Assembly (NCBI GenBank): GCA_965637545.1
Contig: OZ281500.1
Span: 19,592,001-19,656,000 of the forward strand
Length of the DNA stretch: 64,000 bases
Origin: Phallusia mammillata
Lineage: Eukaryota
Direction of reading: 5' to 3'
Part shown: in pieces, positions 12,301 through 22,181 of the stretch
Layout of the letters: every line of letters starts with the position of its first letter
Position numbering within the stretch: the stretch's first letter is position 1
The notes under the pieces: model-generated
The model's database searches: none
The model's input: only the letters and a program-made list of their open reading frames with translations
What the model was told of the DNA's origin: nothing
Position numbers and translations under genes: made by a program

Positions 12301-15300
12301 TTTGACCAGAAATACATGCACCATGCCTCTAAATACATGCACTATGATTTTATTTGTATTTTTGCAGAGCCAGAACCGGGACCAGTGCATTGGTGCACGG
12401 CTTGGGGAGATCCTCACTACACTACATTTGATGGACGGGCTTACGACTTCCAAGGGAACTGTCTGTACAATTTCGCTTCTACTATTACACCACAATGGAA
12501 AATGGGACAGCCCAGGTTCTCAGTATGGGTAAGCTAAGTGTAAATGTTTATTTTTTCGATTTCTCGATTTGAAAATTTGTTTAAAGAAACTGAAAGTCCA
12601 TTTCACAGAAACTTTCGACAAATAGCAACTTCTACTTGTAGCTAAGAATTAGGGTATAGGAATAAATGAAGATTTAGTTAAGACAGTCAATTACTAAAAT
12701 GCTCCGTTAACTACTGTAAATAACGAGCTAGGACAGTGAATATCAACATTGCATAGGCCGTGACACCTTTTAAGTGTAAACCAAACTCGAAAGCCTTAAA
12801 ATGGCTTTTGGGCGAAGTAAGCCTACATCCGTGGCCCACCAGAATATAGCTCGTACCGTTAATGGAGTTATTTTCTACTTGATGAAATAAAGAGTTTTCC
12901 AGGGTTAATAGGGTCTCTAATGTGGCTGGTTTTCGTCACGTGGCCTTGTTCGTTTTTTTTTTTTGGACAAGTCAAATCAGAGAGGTTCGGCAAGATTTCC
13001 CTATTCTTTCTGTGTACTTGAAGCACTAAACGTGTCGTTTTTTTATTTCAGACTGAAAACAGACCGTGTGGTACCGCGGTGACGTGTATACGAACTGTCC
13101 ATATTGGCTACTTCGGTAGGGAAATTATATTCCGTCCCAGCGGTGTGGTTGAGGTAAACATGTTTTGTAACGGCTACATTATAGTTCATACGGTCGATTT
13201 CTCGGCGTCAGTTGCACTAACAAGACCTTATAGGTCGTGTGCACTGTCATAAAAAGTTTTTCTAATTTACCAATTGTTGTGTTAACGGGTTCCAAAGTAG
13301 TAAACATTTTTCATATTAATGAAATCTCCTTTCAAGTAAAGCAACTGCGACGATTCGGGGTCATTAAAATCAGATCAAGAAAATTCAGCGTGAAAACTAC
13401 TAAATCTGTCGCTGTGTATTAAGTAGTATTGATATTTGAAAAACGCAATATTAAATTTTAATAATTTTCCGATTGATAAACGTACAGTACAAAACCATTA
13501 ACATCTTGTGTCACTTTTGTAAACCTTGCTTTTGCGGATTTTAAACGCTTTTCTGGTTGCTGCAGTTGAATGGACACGGGTTATCATTGCCCTACACCGA
13601 CGCGTTCTATCCATTCGAGATTCAGAATCTTCCAAGTGGCGATGTGGCACTTTTAGCCGATAATTTTGTAGTTTTGTTTGACGGAAGGCACACACTGAAA
13701 GTCGGCATTCGTGAAGTCTACATGAACCATGTCACCGGTAAGTGTAAAATTTGTTTACACTTTCAGTTGGTAGAAATTAACAAACTGTTAAAATACCTGG
13801 TTGCCTTAAAAACGCTGCTTCGATAAGCACAACATACAGTGAGTGTGTAATACTCCCAATATTAGCGAGATTAAAAGTTTATAAATATTCAATTTTCAGG
13901 TTAGAAGTAGCTAATCCAACCAAAACAGTTGACAAAAATGCTTTTACGGCAGTGGTCTTGTAAAGCTTTGTGTTGCCAAACTTATCTTGTCGCTCTATTT
14001 CATTATAAATACACTACTTTTTATCAGCCACTCCGAACAAATTGCAAACGCTTCTACTTAGAGGACTGTTACTGTAATATAAATTGTGCAGTTGACCGTC
14101 CCTATTTCTGACATATTTGCTAGCAAAGATGTAAAACGCATGTTACAATACTGTTGGATAAAATTTCGTCAAAGTGTATTTGTATTAAACTACATATTAA
14201 TTTGCGTGAATTTTTTTTAAAGTGACGGGATATTTTCGCCAAATGATTAACAACAGGATAATAGAGTCAAATTTACAAATGTTTTTATGGTCTTGTTAGT
14301 GATATGCTAATTTTTAGGTCTTTGCGCCAACTTTAACGGCGACAATACTGATGAATTTACTGTGGAGGGCGCCATTACCAGCATCAACGAATTTGGTGAA
14401 AGCCACGCCTTAGAATCAGGGTAAGTATAAAACGTACACTAAAACAGCGGTTGTACATTAACATGATTGTAAACACGTTATGTAATGTGCTGTCTAATGC
14501 GCTCAGTATCCCTTAAAATGTGATTTGCATGTAACAGCCAATTTGTGTTGTTGTTGTTTTTTGGCGAATTCAGCTGTTTTTACAGACCATATTTTAAGTT
14601 GTAAAGCGTTTCAAGACTAACTAATGGGCATTTTAAACAAGCGTGCGTTTAAAGTTAACCTAATCAGTAGTTTAGGGCTTATGGTAATAAAGCTACAAAT
14701 GGCATTTATTTCATTAGGAGTTTTAAGCTGTCTCAAACCCGACTTTTTAGGTCCTAAATAAAGCCCTGAAGATATATTGAGGTAAATAATGAAAAAAAAA
14801 TGTTGCCGAGATTTTCTAAGCTTGAACTTAACCTTACAATCCTGGCCCAACTTATATTTAGCATGGGTTAAGAGGCTAATATGCCTTGACAAATGTAGCT
14901 TTAGTGGTTGTTCACACAGCGCTTTTTACCATACTTTTAAACCAGAGTTGTAAACGGGCCCAAAGCTGAAACGTATTTGCACAAGCCTGTTTAGACAGTT
15001 TAATTGGCAGGACTATACACGAATGATAACAAACAAGACTAAACAGACAAAGGCAACATACGCGATGAACAATTGTAGACAATGGTTTAAAAAAGACGTT
15101 TTACGTTTGTTGGGCAAATCACAGTACGCCAGGCCCTTTGAAGGCGCCATACCGAATCAGCCGGTCACCAAGCATTCACCACCATATATATATATATTTG
15201 GCAAGGCGTAGGCTAGAAAAATCTAGCCTGCGGTGGGATTCGAACCCACGACAGGACTCGCGCTTTACGAACTGAGTTACGCAGGCTCAGTGGATAATCC

Positions 15301-18300
15301 GCCGAAAGTTGAATCACAAGCACCGCTGCCTGCCTCGTATGCTGCACATGTCAGCTTCGCAGTAGTGGATCGCCAGGTTGACCAGTATCAGTTAAGATGA
15401 ACCTAAATTCATAACTGGGATCAGCCCTGAAGCGTCTATGCAGACCAGCGAACGTTTTTTGGGCGTTATGTTTGGTCCAGAAACTAGTTACTTAACTAGG
15501 TTAATTACGGATACAGAAGGAAAGGCATGAAATAGGCCGTTTTCTAATAAAAAAAATATCCAAGCCCAAATCCGGTCCGTCTTACAACTCTGATCCTTTA
15601 GCGCTTTCAGAATGTCTTCAACATTTTTTCAGTTTAACTGTTACAGCAGAAACTTATCTAATCGCTTATTTCATTAACAGCTGTCCGACCCTGGGCCCAC
15701 AACCTCAATGTCCTCGCGACCGACTTCCTGCTGCTCATCAGGCTTGCGGAACTCTGATGCAACATCCATGTTTCGCGAGATGTCTGGCCCAGTTACAAAA
15801 CCCCGGCGTAGACGCTCTAATGAAAGTATGATCTTAGATTTTTTTGTTCAAAACCATAGTGACGTTTTTTTTCTCATTTGAAGTTTGTCCATGCACTTTT
15901 GGCATGAAATGTTTGATGGATTTGGATGCAACTTTTACAGGTGGTTGATATAGTTAGGTAGATGTGCCATTTGTTTTGTTTGACTCGTTAACCCCACCCC
16001 GCTAGCCCCCTAAAATGGGTGTTTAAATTTGTTCATTTTAACAACGTTCAAATTGGAGGAAGTTTGGACAGTTTGTTTATTTTGCTGTCGATTGTTATGT
16101 TTCACCCTGTAACTTCTGTAGCCTTAAGACTTACCTTGTTAGCCCCCAAAATGGGTGAATTTTTTAAACAATGTCCAAATTAGCTAAAATTTGAATAGTT
16201 TGTTGATTTTGCCATTTATAGGTGTTGATTATTGTGTATCAGCCTGTAGCTCCAATATGCAGACTTTTAACAATGTCTAAATTGCATAGCAATAAAGCCT
16301 GAAATGCATTATGTACAACATTGCGTGTCTGGGGACCCATGAGTTTCTGCCTGCAGAAATAAACCAATATTATAAAAAAATGTTGGCAAATATGGGGCCC
16401 AATTTGAAGTAAGTATAGAGAATACATTAACGTTTTGAACTATGGTATAGTGTATGTGCAAGGGCAAAATGTGCTAGACGAATTTTAATTGCTGTTATTC
16501 GATTGCAGGCATGTATATTTGACCACTGCCTTATGGATGACGCCCAGGAAGCATTGATTGCAACACAGGCTGCGATATCATTGTCTTGTTTTGCGGAAAA
16601 TTTACCGGTTTGCCACAACGATACAGGCGAGTGCCAATGCATTAAATTAACCAGTTACATTTTTTTCGATTTATAGTAACTATACGATTGTAAACTTTAG
16701 AAAAATTATATGCTTGTTCGTGCTATATAACGTTAAAAACGCTAAGGCTCTAAGTCAGTGGTTCTCAAACTTTTTTATTGTCGGGGCCAAATGGTATTTT
16801 TTTAAGTGTGTAGGGAGCCGCAAAAAATCGAAACCTTGAGAAAATCACTAAAGATTATTACTTTGAAAGCTAAAATAGCAATGTTTGGTGGTTTTCTGAG
16901 GTCTGGTGCGAGCCGCAAAATAAGTAGTTGGGAGCCGCATGCGGCCCCGAAAACCGAGTTTGAGAACCACTGCTCTAAGTGGTTCTTTACCTTTTTGGTG
17001 TACTCCTCAAAATTCAACTACCACTGGCAAATTTTCCCAGTTGTTGCTTTTTATGGTGATGTTTTGTGCTGCACATTATAAATAATTGTCTTTAATTGCT
17101 TAAAAATAGTTTGCTTCAGGGCTGATCCCAATGTAAACATATCAAGGGTGGTTTGTGTTTTGATTTGTATAGTGGCTTGTGCTGAACTTCCGGGATCACA
17201 TTTTGAGCGATGCCTTCCGCCAAAACATTGCATTCCAACCTGCCAAAACCCAGAGGCCGTGTTAGGTGACGATTGTGACACTGGAGATTGTGAAGAAGGT
17301 TAGCCAGCCAATTTTCTTACTGCAAATGTTAACATCTATCTTAAAGTCGGTCAGGATTTGTTTACTATTTATTGGTCCCCTTTCCTAAAAAGGAATCACC
17401 TTGAGTTTATTCAATCTTTTTTTTCTTTCCTGAATGAAATGTTTAATGGATTTGGATGAAATTTCACAGATGAGAGCCATGTAGATGTGTCATTTGTTTT
17501 GTTTGACTCAATAGCCCAAAATTTTACCCCACCCTTACACCCCCTCTAGTCCTATCGGGTGGATTTTTAAACAATTTCCTAATGGATTTAAATTTAAATA
17601 GCTTTCAGGCATTTTCCATTTGGAGATATCCACTGTTGTGCCCTGTAGCCCTATTATTTACCCTAGTAGCCTCCTAAAATGTGTGAATTTTTAACCCATG
17701 TCTGATTTGAATGGAACACTTGCAGTTTTAATTGGACTTGTAGCCAACTCGTCCCGGAAACTTGCTTTTGTTTGTGGTACAACTGGGTATACGTTGCAAC
17801 ATGATGTTTTTACCAAAAAAATAACTCTCAATCTTACTACTCACTCACTCATTCACTCACTCACTCACTCACTCACTCGAGTTAATTATGAAATGTTTTG
17901 GTAGGTTGCGTTTGTCCGGAAGGTACTCTGATTGACACTCAATCGAACCAATGTGTCAATGAAACCGAATGTATCTGCCACTTACCACCATACTCATCTG
18001 GGGTGAGTACGTCGTTCCCAATCACTTTGATAAGCAGTTACACTGAAAATGTTTACCACTTACTATTGTCGAGACTCAATATCACCTTTAGTCGTTCATT
18101 TACAATCAGTAACCATGTATTGTATACATATTTGTGGCTTGCCTGGGATACAAAGGCTCGCCTACTTTGTATATTATTTTCTGGAGCAAATCCATGCGAT
18201 TTAAAATGTAATGTTGGTTAATGCAAAAAGTATGCCGAAATATAACTTAGCTCTGCTACAATGCTATCTAAAAACCCAGCAACTCAATAACACCAAGAAT

Positions 18301-18620
18301 GCGTTCCTTGCAGTAGGGAGCTCATTTGCCATTTAAGTTAAACATTTATAACACAGCGAATTTTGCACGCAGGAGCCTTTTATCCTGGATGATTGCACCA
18401 GAGCGTGTGTATGCCAAGGTGGTAGATTGATCTGCGAACCGTTCAATTGTGAGGGCGAATGTGTGCGCAATATGTGCCTGATAGGTGAGCATTTTCTATT
18501 TTTCCACTTTCCTACACAAAGCAGGAGAATGTCTATTTGATCCAACTTTTGGCCTATCAACGTAAAAGTATGAAGTGTTTTTTTATCTATTTAACAGGAT
18601 ATATTATTAATTTGGAATAA
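6325..18620 (+). CDS. Secreted mucin-related protein: signal peptide, Cys-rich module, 6x CysD (WxxW), VWD (GDPH), C8, TIL, TILa (about 1026 aa, 19 coding exons)
   Basis: Exons 6325-6409, 7068-7229, 7850-8119, 8349-8624, 8953-9052, 9249-9427, 9741-10034, 10713-10994, 11729-12001, 12368-12528, 13052-13153, 13566-13737, 14318-14420, 15681-15825, 16509-16626, 17173-17298, 17905-18002, 18373-18484, 18598-18620; total 3081 nt, phase-consistent. CysD pattern W-T-x-[WF]..D.P..GD.E..C..P..C.DY.VR.CC six times. VWD CTAWGDPHYTTFDG..GLCANFNG. TIL and TILa cysteine spacing. The last exon and one GC donor are less certain. Confidence 0.9.
6487..6914. mobile_element. hAT-type MITE (TAGTGA..TCACTA termini, internal CCGAA sub-terminal repeats)
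   Basis: TIRs TAGTGACG / CATCACTA. Perfect 8-bp TSD CTTAAAAC at 6479-6486 and 6915-6922. Confidence 0.85.
10268..10621. mobile_element. hAT (Buster/Charlie-like) MITE
   Basis: CAGTGGTTCACAA / TTGAGAACCACTG termini. Perfect TSD CTCTAGGA. Confidence 0.9.
11013..11448 (+). mobile_element. Solo LTR
   Basis: TGTGAC...GTAACA termini, 4-bp TSD TTAG, internal AATAAA and opposed CCAAT boxes. Starts 18 nt downstream of an exon donor. Confidence 0.65.
12267..12346 (+). repeat. Minisatellite, 4 copies of about 21 bp (AAATACATGCACTATG core)
   Basis: Direct tandem copies are visible just upstream of the acceptor at 12367. Confidence 0.85.
15225..15450 (-). repeat. tRNA-derived SINE-like repeat (family C)
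   Basis: Minus strand 15287-15225 reads AGCCTGCG TAACTCAGTTCGTAAAGCG..GTGGGTTCGAATCCCAC CGCAGGCT: acceptor, D and T arms but no proper anticodon arm. Confidence 0.7.
15904..16230 (+). repeat. Dispersed intronic repeat, copy 1 (copy 2 at about 17434-17700)
   Basis: ATGAAATGTTT.ATGGATTTGGATG..GTAGATGTG.CATTTGTTTTGTTTGACTC is shared between the copies. Internal CCCCTAAAATGGGTG sub-repeats. Boundaries approximate. Confidence 0.7.
16756..16972. mobile_element. hAT (Buster/Charlie-like) MITE
   Basis: CAGTGGTTCTCAAACT / AGTTTGAGAACCACTG perfect TIR. TSD CTCTAAGT. Confidence 0.92.
17434..17700 (+). repeat. Dispersed intronic repeat, copy 2
   Basis: Collinear similarity to 15904-16230. Confidence 0.7.
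17839..17878 (+). repeat. (ACTC)n microsatellite
   Basis: About 10 units with one substitution. Confidence 0.9.
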
Positions 18621-19145
18621 TTTTCCCATATTGCTTCATTTAAACGTAAAAAACGTGTATCCAAATTTTGCACGAAGTTTAAAAAGAAATAAAAACCAGC
18701 ATTTTGTGCTTAACTCAATCTTATTTTTGTTAAGATACCTTTTAAACTCGTGGATCAGTTCAATAAATGGAGGTGCTCATACCTTCACCAACCATGTGGG
18801 AATTTTTTGTTCGTCTCTTTTGTCTCGTGACCGTCGAAGGAGTTCAACCGCGACCGTTATTTTCTGCGATTTTGTCAAACTCCACAAAGATAAGCCAAAG
18901 CACATCATTGAATCGCATTTGTCTTATGACGTGTACCAACTGTATTGGTGACGTCACTTTTGTTTCACGTATTGTGTTTGTGTAAATCATGTGATTTTAT
19001 GAATCTCATTACTAAGTTGAAGTTTCATGATGTCAAACAACCTTTTTTCGCCTTTCTAATTTTATGTGATGAAATGCTATTAAAAGATATATAGTCGGTT
19101 TTTACAAAAGCGTTGTTATGACCAATACTGCAGAAAGACTCAGGC

Positions 19146-19268
19146 CAGGGTTGTAAGCCGGCTCAAACTCGAACTCTCAAAAATAAAGTTTAGACAAGTT
19201 GGTTAATTTTCGAAATAAACGAAAAAAGTATTAACTTAGGCCCGAACCCGGCCCGACTTACAGCTCTG
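19146..19268. mobile_element. Short MITE (CAGGGTTGTAAG / CTTACAGCTCTG)
   Basis: Imperfect terminal inverted repeats with GGCCCG sub-terminal motifs. TSD is poor. Confidence 0.5.
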
Positions 19269-19834
19269 ACGCAGAGAGTAACAATAAACGCTTCTTAAAA
19301 CAGTTGAGAAATTGAAAAATAAATAGTTGTACAAATTAAACAGCGGAATGCTAAACACTGACAGTATTGCAAAAGTTAGCTTGGCTAATTTGGCTCAGTA
19401 TCTTTTCGCGGCATGTTTAGCCATATGCAAAGCAAAGCCACCTAATCCGAAATGCAGTGAACTTGATGATTAGAAAAACACAAATTTGTAATATTTTTTC
19501 TCAATTTTGGTGCTTTAAAGTATATCAATACTAATATTTCGAAAAAAAAATTGAAAACCATTGAGCTCCTGTAATTGTCAAATCACAGTTTAAAAGCGTC
19601 TGTCATAAAATATAAGTTAATGTGCCAATGTGCGCAAAATTTGTACCTCCAGACTACTGTTTCTTTCACGGGGTTCGAACCCAGGACGCTCCCGGGGACG
19701 AATCCCGATCAAGGTTGTGGCTCTAAACTACGGTTTTTATCGACGTTTTGTCACTTTGTTTTTGCTAATTTCCCTCGGTTGAACACCCTGTTTTGTGTTA
19801 TACGAACGATTGTGTTAGCAAGTGTGCCATTACC

Positions 19835-19871
19835 CTGAAGAACACGCCCCGAATAAGACGTCAAAACGTCG
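19835..19871 (+). ncRNA. Degenerate minimal hammerhead motif (family A)
   Basis: CATTACC-CTGAAGA...GACGTC-AAAA-CGTCG resembles the 40301-40343 copy, but GAAA is changed to AAAA and stem II is disrupted. Confidence 0.45.
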
Positions 19872-20112
19872 GATTAATCACACATACGATTGCGGGTTGA
19901 GCAGAAAAAAGGTGATGAAATTTGCCTGGCAACAACACTGTATTTATACAAAAACGAGAAGTACACTGAATCGAACATCATTTTTCCCATGAGCAAGATT
20001 TATTTTAAATAATTATTATGGTTTTTAATGAATTTATATTTAGGTTGTTAATCATTTCATGAATTTGGTTTTAAATGCTATATCCAAGGTAAGATTTCCA
20101 CATACATGAGAT

Positions 20113-20230
20113 GGCACAAGAGAGCAAGATTTAATAAATGATTCCTCACTACAACTACAGAGTTAAATGCAAATATGTCTTCCATTTTACACAGCACTAC
20201 TTTCAGTAAAGTCAAAATATGTCAAACCAA
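20113..20230 (-). pseudogene. Decayed fragment of the MS4A-like TM4 exon and its intron
   Basis: Exact matches GGCACAAGAGAGCAA (20113 vs 22318) and TTTTACACAGCACT (20185 vs 22395) are collinear. The remnant reads VVLCK vs AVLCK with an internal deletion and no donor. Confidence 0.65.
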
Positions 20231-20914
20231 ATCGGTTTAAGACAAAAATCATCCACGCCTCACACTGAAAAAAATGCGTTTTTTTCCCGTTGGCGTGGTA
20301 CGCTCCGACAAAAAATGCGCAAAGCGTGTGTGTAATCAACGCCTTTTCTGTGTGGCAATTTGTGGTGCTTCCAGTGGACTTTTGATGCTAGTTGTGTTAA
20401 GTCTTGTAAATTCTAAGGTGTGGACTATTTTATACTTATTATCACAGGCCAGAATTTTCAGGTAGTCTAATCCGTTTTCGTGAAGATGTCATGAATTGGA
20501 ATGCGTTTAAGTCAAATGATGTACAATCTTGGACAACAAAACTGAAAGAAATATGAGTTTTGTGGACTGATAGTACAAAGCGGACCAAAGTAAAATTGGA
20601 TTCTATATACAAACATTATGGAAGATTAACATGTCGTTGTAAGTGTTTTGCTCGCCATTTTATAGTATGGTCATAAATATATTATTACTGGCTATATATT
20701 ACTGTACGTATCAGTTTTTGCTGTTTTACATTGCAGTAAGTGTATAATATTACACTACTTAAAAAAATTCGTTCGCGATTTAACGTCACTTTCCCGGTTT
20801 TTTAGTGTTTTTACGCATTTAGGGTATTATACCACTACAAATAAATGAGAAAGTGTTTTTGTTTGTAGCCTGTTTACTTTTTATTTCATTTTAAATATGT
20901 TCTCTGTGTTCCAG

Positions 20915-21531
20915 TTGTCATCCAAAATGCGAAAACGGTTGACCGCGGTGTTCATGGTGACTTTATTGTTTGAAGTTGACCCCGCTACGTTGCCCCAACC
21001 TGTTGAGCCTTTTGAACCTGTTTTAACCTTTGAACCTTTTGATCCATCCAAGCAACCCCGTAACAGAGTTTTTGGCAACAAAGTTTTATGGTAAGTTGTG
21101 TAAATATACTTTTATGTCTTGTGCAGGTCAACTTCAGTTTGGCCTTTTGTGAAAATTCTGTTAAAGTTTTATTTCCATAGCTGCTCCTGTCGATTTGTTG
21201 CTATGGAGATTGCGATTTAACCGAATTTTTTATTGGTGAAGTCAAACTTGAACCCGACATGTGTGAAGGTAAATTTCAAACAATTTTTTTTTACTTTATT
21301 AACCTGTTTTGGATCGTGGACGCCGTGGTCTGAACTTGATGAGCCTAGCTGCTATGGTGATTTTGAAACCTCCCTGAACAGATCTGTGACAACCCCATCG
21401 GAATTGACGTATACGTCTCAATTCGACCGAAATACCAGTGAGGGTAATTCACCAGATTCTAACTGATGAATTTTGGTGTGAACACGAACGGTGGTCAGTG
21501 TTTAGACTACAAGGTCCGCTATTGCTTCTAA
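20915..21531 (+). pseudogene. Truncated, frameshifted copy of the 5' part (first three coding exons) of the CysD/VWD gene
   Basis: MRKRLTAV..FDPSKQPR vs MRKWMSAV..FDPTTLPR. CDLTEFFIGEVKLEPDMCEG vs CDLAEFFINGVKLDPKMCEG. CysD remnant WTPW..GDFET..ICDNP..QCLDYKVRYCF has frameshifts and stops, a lost acceptor AG and phase mismatches. Confidence 0.85.
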
Positions 21532-22181
21532 AATTTTGTTCTCATCGGCGTATTGATAACGGTTTAAGTCCGAACATATGTTTAGACTTGTAATTTTGGT
21601 AAACAGATTTGTAACCACCCTAAACCACCCTTTCAGATATTTTGTTCATGCTGAAATGTATGAGTTTTTGTTTTCATTTCAATAGGTAGATTTATGCTTG
21701 TTGTAATGCGGTATATTGCTAAAAAATCGTTCCTGGTTTTCTACATAACATCTAACACTTTTTTTCACTATGTCCAATAAGCACACTGTTTGTAGCGGTT
21801 TATATTGACAACAAAAAACATAGGTAAAAACCGTTGGCCATAGGAAGCAGAAAATGAAAAAATAATCAGTTGTATAATATAGACAACGCAATGCAAAAAC
21901 AATGCCATCATCATAAAAGTTATGCCAATGTTTTACCAAATGCAATACTGTAAAAAGGCGAATTCTATAGCAGCGAAAAGAAAGCCAAAACAGAACGAAC
22001 TTTACAATAAATAAAAAATGCGCATTGAAAAACACTGTACATCAAGGAAACGGCAGCAACGTGAATTTCGAATAATTTCTTCAGGGCGAAATAATTGTGC
22101 CCATATTTTCATCATTTTTTTTAATTTTTAAGCTTAAATGAGTGACTCTAGTAAAACTGGATGACACCAAATCAGATTTCG

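Noticed and set aside
15225-15287. Possible tRNA gene (also 3510-3582)
   Set aside because: There is no proper anticodon arm and it is embedded in a repeat family, so I treated it as SINE-like.
18631-18985. ORFs after the CysD/VWD gene as further coding exons
   Set aside because: In-phase acceptors all lead to an immediate stop. The region is best read as 3' UTR (AATAAA at 18688 and 18762).
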